Of a DNA stretch of 64,000 nucleotides, positions 1 to 10,120 are shown piece by piece. Under the pieces are notes generated by a model. That model saw only the letters and a list, made by a program, of their open reading frames with translations. It ran no database searches and had not been told where the DNA came from. The stretch comes from Limisphaerales bacterium. Lineage in GTDB: Bacteria; Verrucomicrobiota; Verrucomicrobiia; Limisphaerales; UBA11358. The position numbers and the translations under genes were made by a program. Within the stretch, counting starts at the first letter, position 1; the number at the start of each line of letters is the position of its first letter. The DNA is taken from NCBI GenBank assembly GCA_025362675.1, contig JANYFN010000226.1:3835-67834 (forward strand), written 5' to 3'.

Positions 1-422
1 TGACATTTACACATTTTAAATAATTTCCTAATGAAAAGTTTTTTGGAGATTTTCGGCGGCATGTTGGCCAGTCGGATGGCATCGGAAACTCTCATCGTCC
101 TAGCGTGCGACTACATCGGTCAAACATTACCGACAGCCTGAGTAAAACTTTTGCCGGCTGAAGTTTCAACCGCAGAGAAGGAAGCTTAATTGAGGCGCGC
201 TTGGAATCTGCCACGTAGCTGTGAGCGGGCGGATGGGTGGTTGCAGGAACTGATTCGGAACTGTTCGGATTTAAATTGATTTATCACGCCGCACACAGTG
301 TTTCGCGCAATGTCGGCGGCTGTTTCACTTCCGGCTCAAGTTCATTTATGCAGAGTCATTTGGCCGCCCGGCCGGGCATCGGCGATGCGACGCCCAGCCA
401 TTGGCAAATCCACGATCCGAAC

Positions 423-1028
423 TTAACTCAGTGCCTGCTTGATGTGTTGCAAGAGTTCGGCGTGCGAGTGCATGGATTTGAACTGAGGAAATTGTTGGAT
501 CACATTTTCCGGCGCATGGATTAGGAATCCGGTGTGAGCCTCGGCCAACATTCCGGTGTCGTTGTAAGAATCGCCCGCCGCGACGACGCGGTAATTTAGG
601 GACTTGAACGCCGCCACCGCTTGGCGCTTCTGGTCGGGGAGGCGGAGTTGGTAGCCGGTGATGCGGTCGTTCGCCACGATAAGCGTGTGGCAGAACAGCG
701 CGGGCCAGTTGAGCTGGCGAATGAGCGGTTGCGCGAATTGCTCAAAAGTGTCGGACAAAATCACGACCTGCGTGAGCGTGCGGAGTTCATCGAGAAAACT
801 TTTGGCACCGTCGAGCAGCGATAACGTAGCGATGACATTTTGAATGTCGGAGAGTTTGATGCCGTGGTGGTCGAGGATCTCAATGCGATACCGCATGAGC
901 TTGTCGTAATCCGGCTCGTCGCGCGTCGTGCGGCGGAGTTCGGGAATTTTGGTTTTCTCCGAAACGGCGATCCAGATTTCCGGCGTCAACACGCCTTCCA
1001 TGTCTAACGTGACGATTGATTGTTTCAC
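423..1028 (-). CDS. thrH: ThrH-type HAD phosphatase (phosphoserine phosphatase / homoserine phosphotransferase)
   Basis: 201-aa ORF with a GTG start. HAD motif I is DMEGVL and the C-terminal motif is GDSYND. The overall sequence matches what I recognise as ThrH. Confidence 0.75.
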   Translation of the reverse strand: MKQSIVTLDMEGVLTPEIWIAVSEKTKIPELRRTTRDEPDYDKLMRYRIEILDHHGIKLSDIQNVIATLSLLDGAKSFLDELRTLTQVVILSDTFEQFAQPLIRQLNWPALFCHTLIVANDRITGYQLRLPDQKRQAVAAFKSLNYRVVAAGDSYNDTGMLAEAHTGFLIHAPENVIQQFPQFKSMHSHAELLQHIKQALS

Positions 1029-1147
1029 CCGCAGATTTTTTCAAAACCGGCGGCGCGTGTCGAGTCTGGCAAACTTGCGAGGCAAGGACGTGAATCAGAT
1101 CTGGTAGCGCGCGCGGCCGCGACGTCAAGCGGTGCGGCCGCACCGCC

Positions 1148-2251
1148 CTACCACACCTCCACCGGGCCTTTCGGAACCGGAATGTGTTCGCGCACGGTCG
1201 AAGCCGGATCCCGCATGAAGGACGCCACCAACGGCGCGGGCGCGAAACGCTGAAGTAATTCGCCGTCGTCACCGAGAAATTGTTTTCGCCACGCGATGTA
1301 ACTATCCAGGATTTCGTCGAACTGCGCTTTAGTGGCGACCTGCACCACGCGCTTATTAAATTCGTGACATGGGCCGAAACGTTTGGAATACCACGGCGCA
1401 ACTTTGCGAAACATCCGGCAACCGAGTTCTTCCCCAAACACTTCGAGCATCAAATCCAGATGGCGGAGGAGGACGCGCACGCGTTCGTCGAAAGAAGGCT
1501 CGGGCTGCAATTCGCCGGTGCGCATCAAGTGCAACGTGCGCCTGAAAATCCACGGATCATAGAACGCACCGCGTCCAATGCTCACGCCCGCACAACCGGT
1601 CTCATCGAACATCTTTTTTGCGGCCTGCGGCGTGACGACATCGCCATTGCCGATCACGGGAATATGCTTCACAGCTGCCACGACTTTACGGATTCCGGCG
1701 AGATTTACGGTGCCGCCAAAGCCTTGCTCGCGCGTGCGGCCATGAACGAAAATCGCCGCAATCCCGGCATCTTCCAAGGCGCGGGCTAAATCGGGCGCGG
1801 TCAAATTATCATCGTCCCAACCAAGGCGCATCTTGGCGGTCACCGGAATCTTCACCGCGTTCACCATGCCGCGAACGAGCGCCGCCGTTTTGTCGAGTTC
1901 CGTCATCATCGCGGAACCGCCGCCGATCTTGACGACTTTTTTCACCGGGCAACCCATGTTGATATCCACCGAGACCGCGCCGCGCGCTTCCACCATGAGG
2001 GCCGCCTCGCGCATCTCCTCGGCGACGCTGCCAAAGAGTTGCACGGCGAGCGGCGAATCAGCCGGCGACGTCTCAATGAGCTTGAACGCCTTGGGATTTT
2101 TTTCGATGAGCGAACGCGCGTTCACCAGATCCGTCGTGCACAGTCCCACACCGCCAACCTCGCGCACGACGAGACGAAACGGCAGGTTGGTGTAGCCCGC
2201 CAAGGGCGAGAGAAACAAATTAGAATCAAGCTGGAGCGAGCCAAAACGCAT
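1148..2251 (-). CDS. tRNA-dihydrouridine synthase (Dus family)
   Basis: 367-aa ORF. Carries Dus TIM-barrel motifs: VDINMGCPVKKV (catalytic Cys loop), VTAKMRLGW, FVHGRTREQ and IGNGDV. Confidence 0.85.
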   Translation of the reverse strand: MRFGSLQLDSNLFLSPLAGYTNLPFRLVVREVGGVGLCTTDLVNARSLIEKNPKAFKLIETSPADSPLAVQLFGSVAEEMREAALMVEARGAVSVDINMGCPVKKVVKIGGGSAMMTELDKTAALVRGMVNAVKIPVTAKMRLGWDDDNLTAPDLARALEDAGIAAIFVHGRTREQGFGGTVNLAGIRKVVAAVKHIPVIGNGDVVTPQAAKKMFDETGCAGVSIGRGAFYDPWIFRRTLHLMRTGELQPEPSFDERVRVLLRHLDLMLEVFGEELGCRMFRKVAPWYSKRFGPCHEFNKRVVQVATKAQFDEILDSYIAWRKQFLGDDGELLQRFAPAPLVASFMRDPASTVREHIPVPKGPVEVW

Positions 2252-2364
2252 CGTGGGAAAAATAACCTGAAACTGTCCCCGGAGAAAGTCTCAACCCACA
2301 GCAGCTCGACTGCGAACGCCACAAGAAACGCCATTCCCGGCACAAGAATTTCCGCGCCAACAAT

Positions 2365-3252
2365 TCACTTGGCAGCGTTTGCGCCGGGGAATTTCGTCTC
2401 GATAGAATATAGCGATTCCGTCGCCGTGATGTAGAGCGTCTGGTGATCCGGCCCGCCGAAGCAGACGTTGGCCGACCATTTTTCCGGCACGTCCACATGG
2501 TCGATTTGTTTTCCCGCTTTATCAAAAACCGTCACGCCCTTGCCGGTGAGATAGAGATTTCCCTCCTTATCAATCGTCATGCCGTCAGAACCCAGCGCAC
2601 AAAAAAAAGTTTTATTCGTGAGCGAACCGTCCACCGCAATGTCGTAGCGCCACGTTTTATTATCGCGGATGTCAGACACAAAAAGATTTTTCCCATCCGC
2701 CGTGCCGGTGATGCCATTGGGCTTTTTCAAATCATCCGTCACTCGCACAAGCGTTTTGCGATTGGGCGAGAGATAAAAAACCTCCTCATTCGTTAGCGCC
2801 ATCAGTTGATGATCCCACCATTTGCGACGATAGAACGGATCGGTAAAATATAATCCGCCGCCCGGGGCCACCCAGACATCGTTCGGCCCGTTGAAATAAT
2901 TTGTTTCAAAATTTTTCGCCAACACCTTGATTTTTTTGCGCGGCGAGATGGCCCATAGTTCGTTATGCTCATCCGCGCACGCGATGAGCTGGCCTTTGGC
3001 ATCGAACATCATGCCGTTAGCGCGGCCGGACGGTTGGAGGAACGTGGTGAGTTTCCCCTGCGGACTCCATTTGAGAATGCGGTCATTCGGCTGGTCCACA
3101 AAAAAAAGATTTCCCTTCCGATCACACGTCGGACCCTCCGTGAACAGGAATCCGCTCGCGAGTTTTTGCAGCTTGGCGTCCGCCGGAAAAACGGTCTCGG
3201 CAGCAGCGGTTAACCCGAACGCGAGCAGACAAAACGCAATTAAATTTTTCAT
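2365..3252 (-). CDS. Secreted SMP-30/gluconolactonase/LRE-family beta-propeller protein
   Basis: The ORF runs to 3483, but the internal ATG at 3252 yields a clean signal peptide (MKNLIAFCLLAFGLTAAAE). Motifs FTEGP, GRANGM, PNDV and PNGI are typical of the family. The upstream 77 codons are Arg/Cys-rich and non-protein-like. Confidence 0.8.
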   Translation of the reverse strand: MKNLIAFCLLAFGLTAAAETVFPADAKLQKLASGFLFTEGPTCDRKGNLFFVDQPNDRILKWSPQGKLTTFLQPSGRANGMMFDAKGQLIACADEHNELWAISPRKKIKVLAKNFETNYFNGPNDVWVAPGGGLYFTDPFYRRKWWDHQLMALTNEEVFYLSPNRKTLVRVTDDLKKPNGITGTADGKNLFVSDIRDNKTWRYDIAVDGSLTNKTFFCALGSDGMTIDKEGNLYLTGKGVTVFDKAGKQIDHVDVPEKWSANVCFGGPDHQTLYITATESLYSIETKFPGANAAK

Positions 3253-3841
3253 GGAAAAATGAAAGTTGCTGGCAATCGGGTGACAATGCCAGCAGAAAAT
3301 TAGCGCCAGTCTCGGTGGAATACAACTGGCACGGGCACCACGATCATGGGCGCGATTGGTGTCACAGCCAACCACAATGGCTGAGTTAAGACCTTGGAAT
3401 CCTCCGCCCCACCAGCAGGATCGGGGGCGTTGCCGGTGTCGGTTCTGCGATGAAAGTTGGTTTGAACATGCCGACGTTTTCAAACGCGAATATTTGCACC
3501 GACAATACAGTCATCAATGTGGGCATATCGAAATTGAGCGCCAGCGGCGGCCTGATCAGTGGTAATATTTCTATTTCATGGAGCATCACTTTGGATGTTT
3601 CGACACAAACCGCGCCCGTCTTAAAAGCTACGATGTGCGAAGTTTTTGAAACTGCTGCCGCCCGCCGGAATTTCAGCCAAGTGGCCAACTCGTCGGCTCG
3701 ACACCGACAAAGCAAGTTGCTCATCAACGAATGTCTGATTTTTTAGGCTAGAAACATTTTTTGAAATTATTTGTAATTCGGAGTCGTAATTACTTCTTAC
3801 ATTAGTGATCGGCTTGGTGTCGCGTGCATTTCATCGGCGCA

Positions 3842-6800
3842 ATGAAAAATAATTTATCTACTTGGATGCTGTGTTTATGGGTCGGCTTGGCGGCTTTTTC
3901 CGCAGTGGCCTTGCCCGGCACGGCGCTGCGGTTCAATGGCGCCAATAACTACGCCAGTGTCGCGCATAACGCCGCGCTGGATGCGTATCCGCTGACGGTC
4001 TCGGCGTGGTTTCGCTGCGCGGCCAACAACGGCGGGTATCAAACCATCGTCAGCAAATACACCAACTCCAGCTTCGATGGGTGGGCCATGCAGATCACGC
4101 CGTCGGGCCAGTTGCGCGGTTTTTATTATCGCGGCGGCAGCGGCGCGAACAAGGCGATTGATAATTCCACCGGCAACGGCCCGGTGATCGCCGATGGTTC
4201 GTGGCATCACGCCGCGCTCATGGTGGGCACCAATGGCGGGCAACTATTTCTCGATGGCAATTTGCTTGTGTCGAACGCGTGGTCGGGCGTGGCGGGTGCC
4301 ATCACGAGCACGAAGCCATTAATTTTTTCCGGGTTGAGCGACGGTTCATCGCCGCTGAATGGGGACGTGGACGAGGCTGCGATTTGGGCGCGTGCGCTGA
4401 CGGCGAACGAAATCAATTATCTGAAACATCGTCAACTGCGCGGGGTCGAAGACGGCCTGGTCAGCTATTGGAAATTTGACGACGGCCTCGGCAACACCGT
4501 GGCGGATTCGACCGCCAATCATTTCAACGCCGCGCTTATCAATTCGCCCGCGTGGGTTCCGTCTGGCGCGGCGGTGGATTTGAACATGGTCGCGACGAAC
4601 TGCGTGAAATTTTCCGGCACGACCAGCATTGTCATCGTCACGAACGCAGCCGATCTCAATCCTTATCCATTCACCGCGACCGCGTGGTTTCGCACGACGA
4701 ACGCGGTCAGCCTGCAAGTCATCGCGGCCAAGTATGCTGACTCCAGTTTTAACGGCTGGGTGCTCGCAGTGTCAGGCGGACAGTTGCGCGGTTTTCTGTA
4801 TCGCAACGGTAGCTCGCTCAACAAAGCCATTGACGCCACCGTCGGCCCGAACATCGCCGACGGCGGCTGGCATCAGGCCGCGCTGCTCGTGGACACGAAC
4901 GGCGGAAGAATTTTTCTCGACGGAAATTTGCTGGCGAGCAACGCCTGGTCGGGAACGGCGGGCGCAATCACTTCCATCGCCCCGCTCACTCTGGGCGCAC
5001 TCACCAACGCTGCCCCCAACAGGTATCCGTTTCTGGGTGTCGTGGATGAAGTCGCGCTTTGGAGTCGCGCGTTGACCGCGACGGAAATCGCCGCGCAAAA
5101 AAATCTGCCGCTCGTCGGCAACGAAGCGAATCTCGTCGGCTACTGGCGACTTGATGAAACCAGCGGCACCACGACAACCGACGCCACGGGCAACAATCAC
5201 ACCGGCGCCTTGTCCGGTGGCGCGGCGCAGACTGGCTCCACTGCGTATCTCGGCGACGGCACAACACATTTGCTCGCGTCGCTGGACTACGCAAATCTAG
5301 GCCGCACGTTCGCCATCGCGGGCAGTGCGGCGCAATCGGCGTTCCCGGAAAACACTAGCATCACCTTCTCGCGATTTTATGATTACGGCGCACCACCCGC
5401 GTCCGAAATAATTTCCGCCGTTTTGGATTATGCGCTGCAAACTTCCACCGGCACGGCCATTCCGCTGAAGCAAAGTGAAACCATTTTCAACAGCAGCCTC
5501 GGCGCGCAGCTTGCGTCCGCCCCGCGCACAAATAATTTTTTGAACGGCTGGCTTTCCACGGCGCAAATTTTATCCGCCGAGCCGAACGGCGTGCAGTTAA
5601 ATTCCGTGGACTTCTTGCACCAGATCATCACCACGCTGTCGCACAATGAAAACGGGGGCACGTTTTCCACCGACACGATCAGCACCAACGCAGCAGCGCG
5701 CTTACTGCATTTCGACGGCCAGCTTTTTTTCGGCCCGCTGCTGACGCTGTTCACCAATCTTGACGCGTCGCCAGTCGTCTCAACCATCGTGGCCGGCGAT
5801 CATCTCGACTGCTCGCTCGCCATCAGCACCAACGCCGGATTCATCCCCGGCACGGGCTACACTTTTGGTAACGGCTCGGCACTGTCGGTTTCACTTTTCG
5901 TGAACGGCGATTGCAACTTAAAGACTGGCGTGGTCGCTCCCAACAGCCCGGGCAGCGACAACGACACGATTCAAAACATTTCGTTCCAGCGCACCGGACT
6001 TTCGCTGGGAACCAACGGCGCATCAGCCATTGTCACCTTAAATTTGCCGATTGGTTTCAGCGTCCGCCAGAACACTCAGGGAACGCGGCTCACGGTCAAT
6101 ACGCTCCCGTTTTTCGCCTTGCTCGACGCGTCGCTGCGTCCGCAAACCAACGTGCTGACTCAACCGCCGGTGTCGCTGACGTTCAGCGCGGAAACGCTGC
6201 CGTGCTGGATCAGCACCGTGCAATTTTCCTGGCGTGTGTATGACGGGCAGCTTGTGATTCCCGCGAATAACATCCAATTCGTCCGCCAGTTTGAAGACGA
6301 TGTTTTGACGGCGAACCAATTTTCGCTGACGGACACAAATTCCGCCAAGCGTATTTCCAACGACGCGTATTTTCGCAACGCTCAAATCTACGCGCCGTCG
6401 AATGGCTTCATTATCACGGCGGACGCGAATGGTTTCGCACAGGTGAACGGCAGCATCGCATTGTCGCCGCCAGAACTGCGTCCACATTTTCCTTACACCG
6501 ACAATCAGCCCGGCAGCCAGATTCCGACGAGCACCGGCCTGCTGGCGCTGCAAAACAGTCTCATCGCCAGCAACAGTTTTCTCGGCTTGAGCGGCGTAAC
6601 CATGCCGTTGTTATATTCCGGCGATTGCGCGGACACGAATTGCAGCGGCGCGACTACCGGATTATTACTCGTGAATTTTGCGCCGACGAATAGCCAACTC
6701 GCGTTCACACCCGATGGCGGCTTGCTGGGCTACGGCACTTTGTCATCGCCCGCCAACGCGCACGGCGAAACGGGTCTGCAACTCAAATGGGGCTACAACG

Positions 6801-9800
6801 GCGGCAATGTTTTCGCGCAACAAACCTCGTTCGTAACCAATGGCGTTTATGAGATGGCGGGGAATTTTCTGCGTGGTGATCAAATCGCACCGACCAATTC
6901 GCAGCGCGCCACCGCGCTGTTGTTCACCGGCTGGGGCGACGACGTAAATCCCAATTATCTCGAACGCTTTGGCATGACCAGTTACGCGGATGGTTTTGCG
7001 AATTACGCCGGGCTGAATCTCCGGGCACCCGCGACGGCCAGCAGCACCATTGCCAACGTGGCGACCGGCCCGTATCCATTGACGCCGCGCGCCAAATATT
7101 ACCTCCGCAATGGCGGCGTGAGCGGCATCCACGAGGCTGCGAGTTTCCCGCCAAATTTTTCGTTGTATGGTTACGCGTTTAATTTTTCCAGTTACCGATT
7201 GTCCTATCTCGACAGCGAAAACTATGAATCGCGCACCGATGGCGGCGTTACATTTCCCGAACAGCCATCGGGTTTTTCCATCGGCTTCGAGCGGATGAAA
7301 TTTGTTTGCAGCGGCGGTCTCGGCACCGCGCAGTTGCCGTCCGGCACGGGCAGCAAACATCTGAATTATTGGAACGCAAACTTCACGCCGCAAAGCATCC
7401 AGTTCAAACCGAAGGCGACGGAGCAATGCAGCACGTCCGATCGCACGCTCGTGCTCGGCGCGGAACTGCGGCTGCCGTTCATCACAAACGCGATGCACGC
7501 GACGCTCGGTTTCAAAACGAACGGAAATATTTCCACCGTCACCGACAACGTGGCGGGCACGGACTCGCGTTTTCCATTGCCAAAAACGTTGGCGCTGCAA
7601 GGTTCCGAGTCGAATATTTATCCGGTATCGGTCGCAAGCGAAGGCTATTTCAATAATTGGGAAACGCCAAATCATCCGCCGGAAGGATTTTTTAACATCG
7701 CCGGAACCATCGGCGTGCCGTTTTTTGAAGCCTTCAAGGCGCACCTGCAAATCACGCCGACGGGCAGCAACTACACCAGCGCGCGCATCGCCATCGCCGG
7801 CGGTTGGCCGTCGGCAAAAAATAGCACGGCGACGAATTACGGCTGGTCGGTCGGCGGACAAAATTATTTCAACACCAAAAAATTTGATCCCAATTGCGAT
7901 GGCTGGCCGCAAAGTGTGCCGCTCTCGAACTATCTAAATTTCGCCACGGAACAGTATCATCCACGCGCCCATGCCAATTGGAAAAATCTGGTGTTCTTTG
8001 ATAATTCCTTGACTTGGATTCCGGCGCTGCGGCGGTTTGAAGGCTTTAATTCCGGCACGCTGTCGCTGCCGATTTTGGATGTGGGCAGCAAATTAAAAGT
8101 GCTTTCGGCGACCAAGGTGGATTTTGATTTCAACCAGGATTTGAACCTGGCGCTGCCGCATATCAAGCAACTCGACTTCATCAACGAAACGGTGGACGGC
8201 CCGTTCAACACGATTTCGAACGCGATTTTCGAGCAGTTGCAAGGCGTGGCAAACGCCACCGGCATCACGAAAGGTCTGCAAAGTATGCAGGGCGTGTTGA
8301 ACCCAAACCCGGACGGATTTTTTGGGCCGATTTTGGATGGCTCGTTGGATAATATTTCTGGCATTTTGGTCACGAACCTCGGCGGGTTGCAAAGCGCTAA
8401 TCCCGCGTCGGTATTGACGAATCTTCAAATCGCGTTCAATAACGCTGACGCGCAGTTCAGGTCCGCCATCAGCAAAATCAATGGCACCGCGAATGATATC
8501 AACAGCGTGCTGGGAAAGATTGACGGGACGTTCACCGACGTGACCAACACGGTCGCCCTGCTGCTGCGAATCATCGAAAAAGATATCAACGGCAATCGCA
8601 ATGTCGTCGGCGCGATCGTGAAAAAATTGATGGCGGAACAGCCGGACATATTGCAAACCATCACGGCGGATCAGGCCGGAGACATTGATGGTTTTATCAA
8701 TAGCCAAATGGCGGATTACGATTCTGATTTTGAATCGCTGGCCAGTGACTTGAAAGATTTGCAATCACAATTGGCTGATATCCACAGCGGCGTCGCTGCG
8801 GCCACCGGTCCGGTGGTGGACGCGCTGAACAGTATCACGAATGAGACCGCGAACATTTCTTTGTTCGAGCAGCAGGCGTTTTTGAATGTGTCGAACGCGC
8901 TGGCCGGCGAATTGACGGCGACGGGAGATTACTTCACGGCAAACCCGACCGCAGCGCGCAGCGATGTTCGCAATCGTTTGAAGGACGCCTTTCTCCACTC
9001 GAAGCTAACCGGCGATTATCAGACGAAATTTAAACAATTTCTCGGTGACGACGATTTTGTGCTGAACCAATTATTATGTGTGCTCACGGACAAGATCAAC
9101 GGCGTCGTGCGTCAGGCCATTGAAGGTTACATCGCTGGCACGGGCGATAGCATTTACAAAACGATGAAAGGTATCGGGCAGTTGCAGAAAACGCTCGCCA
9201 CGGCGAAGCTGCGCGGCCAACCGACGTTCAACGGTGACACGCTGGAAATGATTCATCTTGATGCGGCTTTTGAAATCAAAATGCCCGACGCGATGCGCTA
9301 TAACGCCTTCATCGAAATCAAAAGCATGGATTCGCAATCCGGCGCACTCGCCTGTTCACAGGGCGGGGATTCGGCGGTGGAAATTATTCTGGGGGCCAAC
9401 AAAGTTCCGCTCGACTGGCCGGGTGTGAAAAAAACCGGCATCACTTTGACGGCCAACGCGCGGTGGACGATGGATCACGGCACGGTCACCGGCGTGGGCG
9501 GTTTGATGGAACTGGAAGGCAAAGCGGACTTTGAAGGTTTCTCGCTGCGCAAATTGGGGGCGACGTTCGCGGTCGGCAACAATGACAATTACTATGCTGG
9601 CGCGGCCTCCGTGGTCATTTTCATCGGCCCGATTCCGCTCAATCTGAACGCGGGAATTTTCGGCGGTCAGTCCTGCTCGCTTGATCCGATTTTATTCGTG
9701 GACACGAACGCGCCGGCGATCATCGGAAATATTTCCGGGTTCAGCGGATTTTACACCAAGTTCGGCGGCGGCATTTCGTTATCCGATTTGTTGTTCGGAC

Positions 9801-10120
9801 ATTCCAGTTGCTTTCTCAATGCCGACGCGCGGGTGGCTTTTGTAAATTATTATCTCGGCGGACCGTCGGCCGCGAACTTCGGTCATTGGGAGCGACGCGA
9901 CATTGACTTCTCGCTGCTCTGCTTGGTTAGCGGCAGCTTCAGCCAATCGCTCAGCGGACAGGTGACTCAGGATGCGTCCGGCTACCATTTGGAATTGACT
10001 GGTTCCGGCGATGCCTGCGCCGAGGTGGGCATTGACCCGTTCTCCGTAAAAAAATGTGAGACCATCACCATCAAAGGCATCCTCAAGGAAAGTGGCGTTG
10101 ACTACCAACTCGATTACTGA
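3842..10120 (+). CDS. Giant secreted protein with two tandem N-terminal LamG (concanavalin A-like lectin) domains, a long beta-rich middle, a helical region and a Cys-containing C-terminal domain
   Basis: The 2098-aa ORF starts at GTG 3824. The ATG at 3842 gives signal peptide MKNNLSTWMLCLWVGLAAFSAVA. There are two LamG_3-like units (LRFNGANNYASV...WHHAALMVGTNGGQLFLDGNLL and VKFSGTTSIV...WHQAALLVDTNGGRIFLDGNLL). No catalytic motif was recognised. Confidence 0.8.
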   Translation: MKNNLSTWMLCLWVGLAAFSAVALPGTALRFNGANNYASVAHNAALDAYPLTVSAWFRCAANNGGYQTIVSKYTNSSFDGWAMQITPSGQLRGFYYRGGSGANKAIDNSTGNGPVIADGSWHHAALMVGTNGGQLFLDGNLLVSNAWSGVAGAITSTKPLIFSGLSDGSSPLNGDVDEAAIWARALTANEINYLKHRQLRGVEDGLVSYWKFDDGLGNTVADSTANHFNAALINSPAWVPSGAAVDLNMVATNCVKFSGTTSIVIVTNAADLNPYPFTATAWFRTTNAVSLQVIAAKYADSSFNGWVLAVSGGQLRGFLYRNGSSLNKAIDATVGPNIADGGWHQAALLVDTNGGRIFLDGNLLASNAWSGTAGAITSIAPLTLGALTNAAPNRYPFLGVVDEVALWSRALTATEIAAQKNLPLVGNEANLVGYWRLDETSGTTTTDATGNNHTGALSGGAAQTGSTAYLGDGTTHLLASLDYANLGRTFAIAGSAAQSAFPENTSITFSRFYDYGAPPASEIISAVLDYALQTSTGTAIPLKQSETIFNSSLGAQLASAPRTNNFLNGWLSTAQILSAEPNGVQLNSVDFLHQIITTLSHNENGGTFSTDTISTNAAARLLHFDGQLFFGPLLTLFTNLDASPVVSTIVAGDHLDCSLAISTNAGFIPGTGYTFGNGSALSVSLFVNGDCNLKTGVVAPNSPGSDNDTIQNISFQRTGLSLGTNGASAIVTLNLPIGFSVRQNTQGTRLTVNTLPFFALLDASLRPQTNVLTQPPVSLTFSAETLPCWISTVQFSWRVYDGQLVIPANNIQFVRQFEDDVLTANQFSLTDTNSAKRISNDAYFRNAQIYAPSNGFIITADANGFAQVNGSIALSPPELRPHFPYTDNQPGSQIPTSTGLLALQNSLIASNSFLGLSGVTMPLLYSGDCADTNCSGATTGLLLVNFAPTNSQLAFTPDGGLLGYGTLSSPANAHGETGLQLKWGYNGGNVFAQQTSFVTNGVYEMAGNFLRGDQIAPTNSQRATALLFTGWGDDVNPNYLERFGMTSYADGFANYAGLNLRAPATASSTIANVATGPYPLTPRAKYYLRNGGVSGIHEAASFPPNFSLYGYAFNFSSYRLSYLDSENYESRTDGGVTFPEQPSGFSIGFERMKFVCSGGLGTAQLPSGTGSKHLNYWNANFTPQSIQFKPKATEQCSTSDRTLVLGAELRLPFITNAMHATLGFKTNGNISTVTDNVAGTDSRFPLPKTLALQGSESNIYPVSVASEGYFNNWETPNHPPEGFFNIAGTIGVPFFEAFKAHLQITPTGSNYTSARIAIAGGWPSAKNSTATNYGWSVGGQNYFNTKKFDPNCDGWPQSVPLSNYLNFATEQYHPRAHANWKNLVFFDNSLTWIPALRRFEGFNSGTLSLPILDVGSKLKVLSATKVDFDFNQDLNLALPHIKQLDFINETVDGPFNTISNAIFEQLQGVANATGITKGLQSMQGVLNPNPDGFFGPILDGSLDNISGILVTNLGGLQSANPASVLTNLQIAFNNADAQFRSAISKINGTANDINSVLGKIDGTFTDVTNTVALLLRIIEKDINGNRNVVGAIVKKLMAEQPDILQTITADQAGDIDGFINSQMADYDSDFESLASDLKDLQSQLADIHSGVAAATGPVVDALNSITNETANISLFEQQAFLNVSNALAGELTATGDYFTANPTAARSDVRNRLKDAFLHSKLTGDYQTKFKQFLGDDDFVLNQLLCVLTDKINGVVRQAIEGYIAGTGDSIYKTMKGIGQLQKTLATAKLRGQPTFNGDTLEMIHLDAAFEIKMPDAMRYNAFIEIKSMDSQSGALACSQGGDSAVEIILGANKVPLDWPGVKKTGITLTANARWTMDHGTVTGVGGLMELEGKADFEGFSLRKLGATFAVGNNDNYYAGAASVVIFIGPIPLNLNAGIFGGQSCSLDPILFVDTNAPAIIGNISGFSGFYTKFGGGISLSDLLFGHSSCFLNADARVAFVNYYLGGPSAANFGHWERRDIDFSLLCLVSGSFSQSLSGQVTQDASGYHLELTGSGDACAEVGIDPFSVKKCETITIKGILKESGVDYQLDY

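Noticed and set aside
237-524. 95-aa ORF at the left edge, and the short MKSFLEIF... ORF at 31-141.
   Set aside because: Neither has recognisable motifs. The first overlaps the thrH 3-prime end on the opposite strand. Both are probably non-coding.
3253-3483. N-terminal 77-codon extension of the SMP-30 ORF.
   Set aside because: The sequence is Arg/Cys/Trp-rich. The internal ATG at 3252 gives a textbook signal peptide.
3386-3746. Two overlapping ORFs (3386..3727 minus, 3450..3746 plus) in the long spacer before the giant operon.
   Set aside because: They are mutually exclusive, have no family resemblance and are weak in composition. I recorded the region as unexplained rather than annotating a gene.
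6743-7912. Long antisense ORFs inside large genes. Examples: 6743..7912(-), 12787..13677(-), 13650..14465(-), 22770..23600(+), 23766..24578(+), 33176..34093(-), 46846..47628(-), 52385..53377(+), 57726..58811(+), 59247..60329(+), 61732..63186(+).
   Set aside because: They lie fully inside strongly supported genes on the opposite strand. Their translations are Arg/Gly/Ala-rich and low-complexity with no motifs. This is typical of stop-poor shadow frames in GC-rich DNA.
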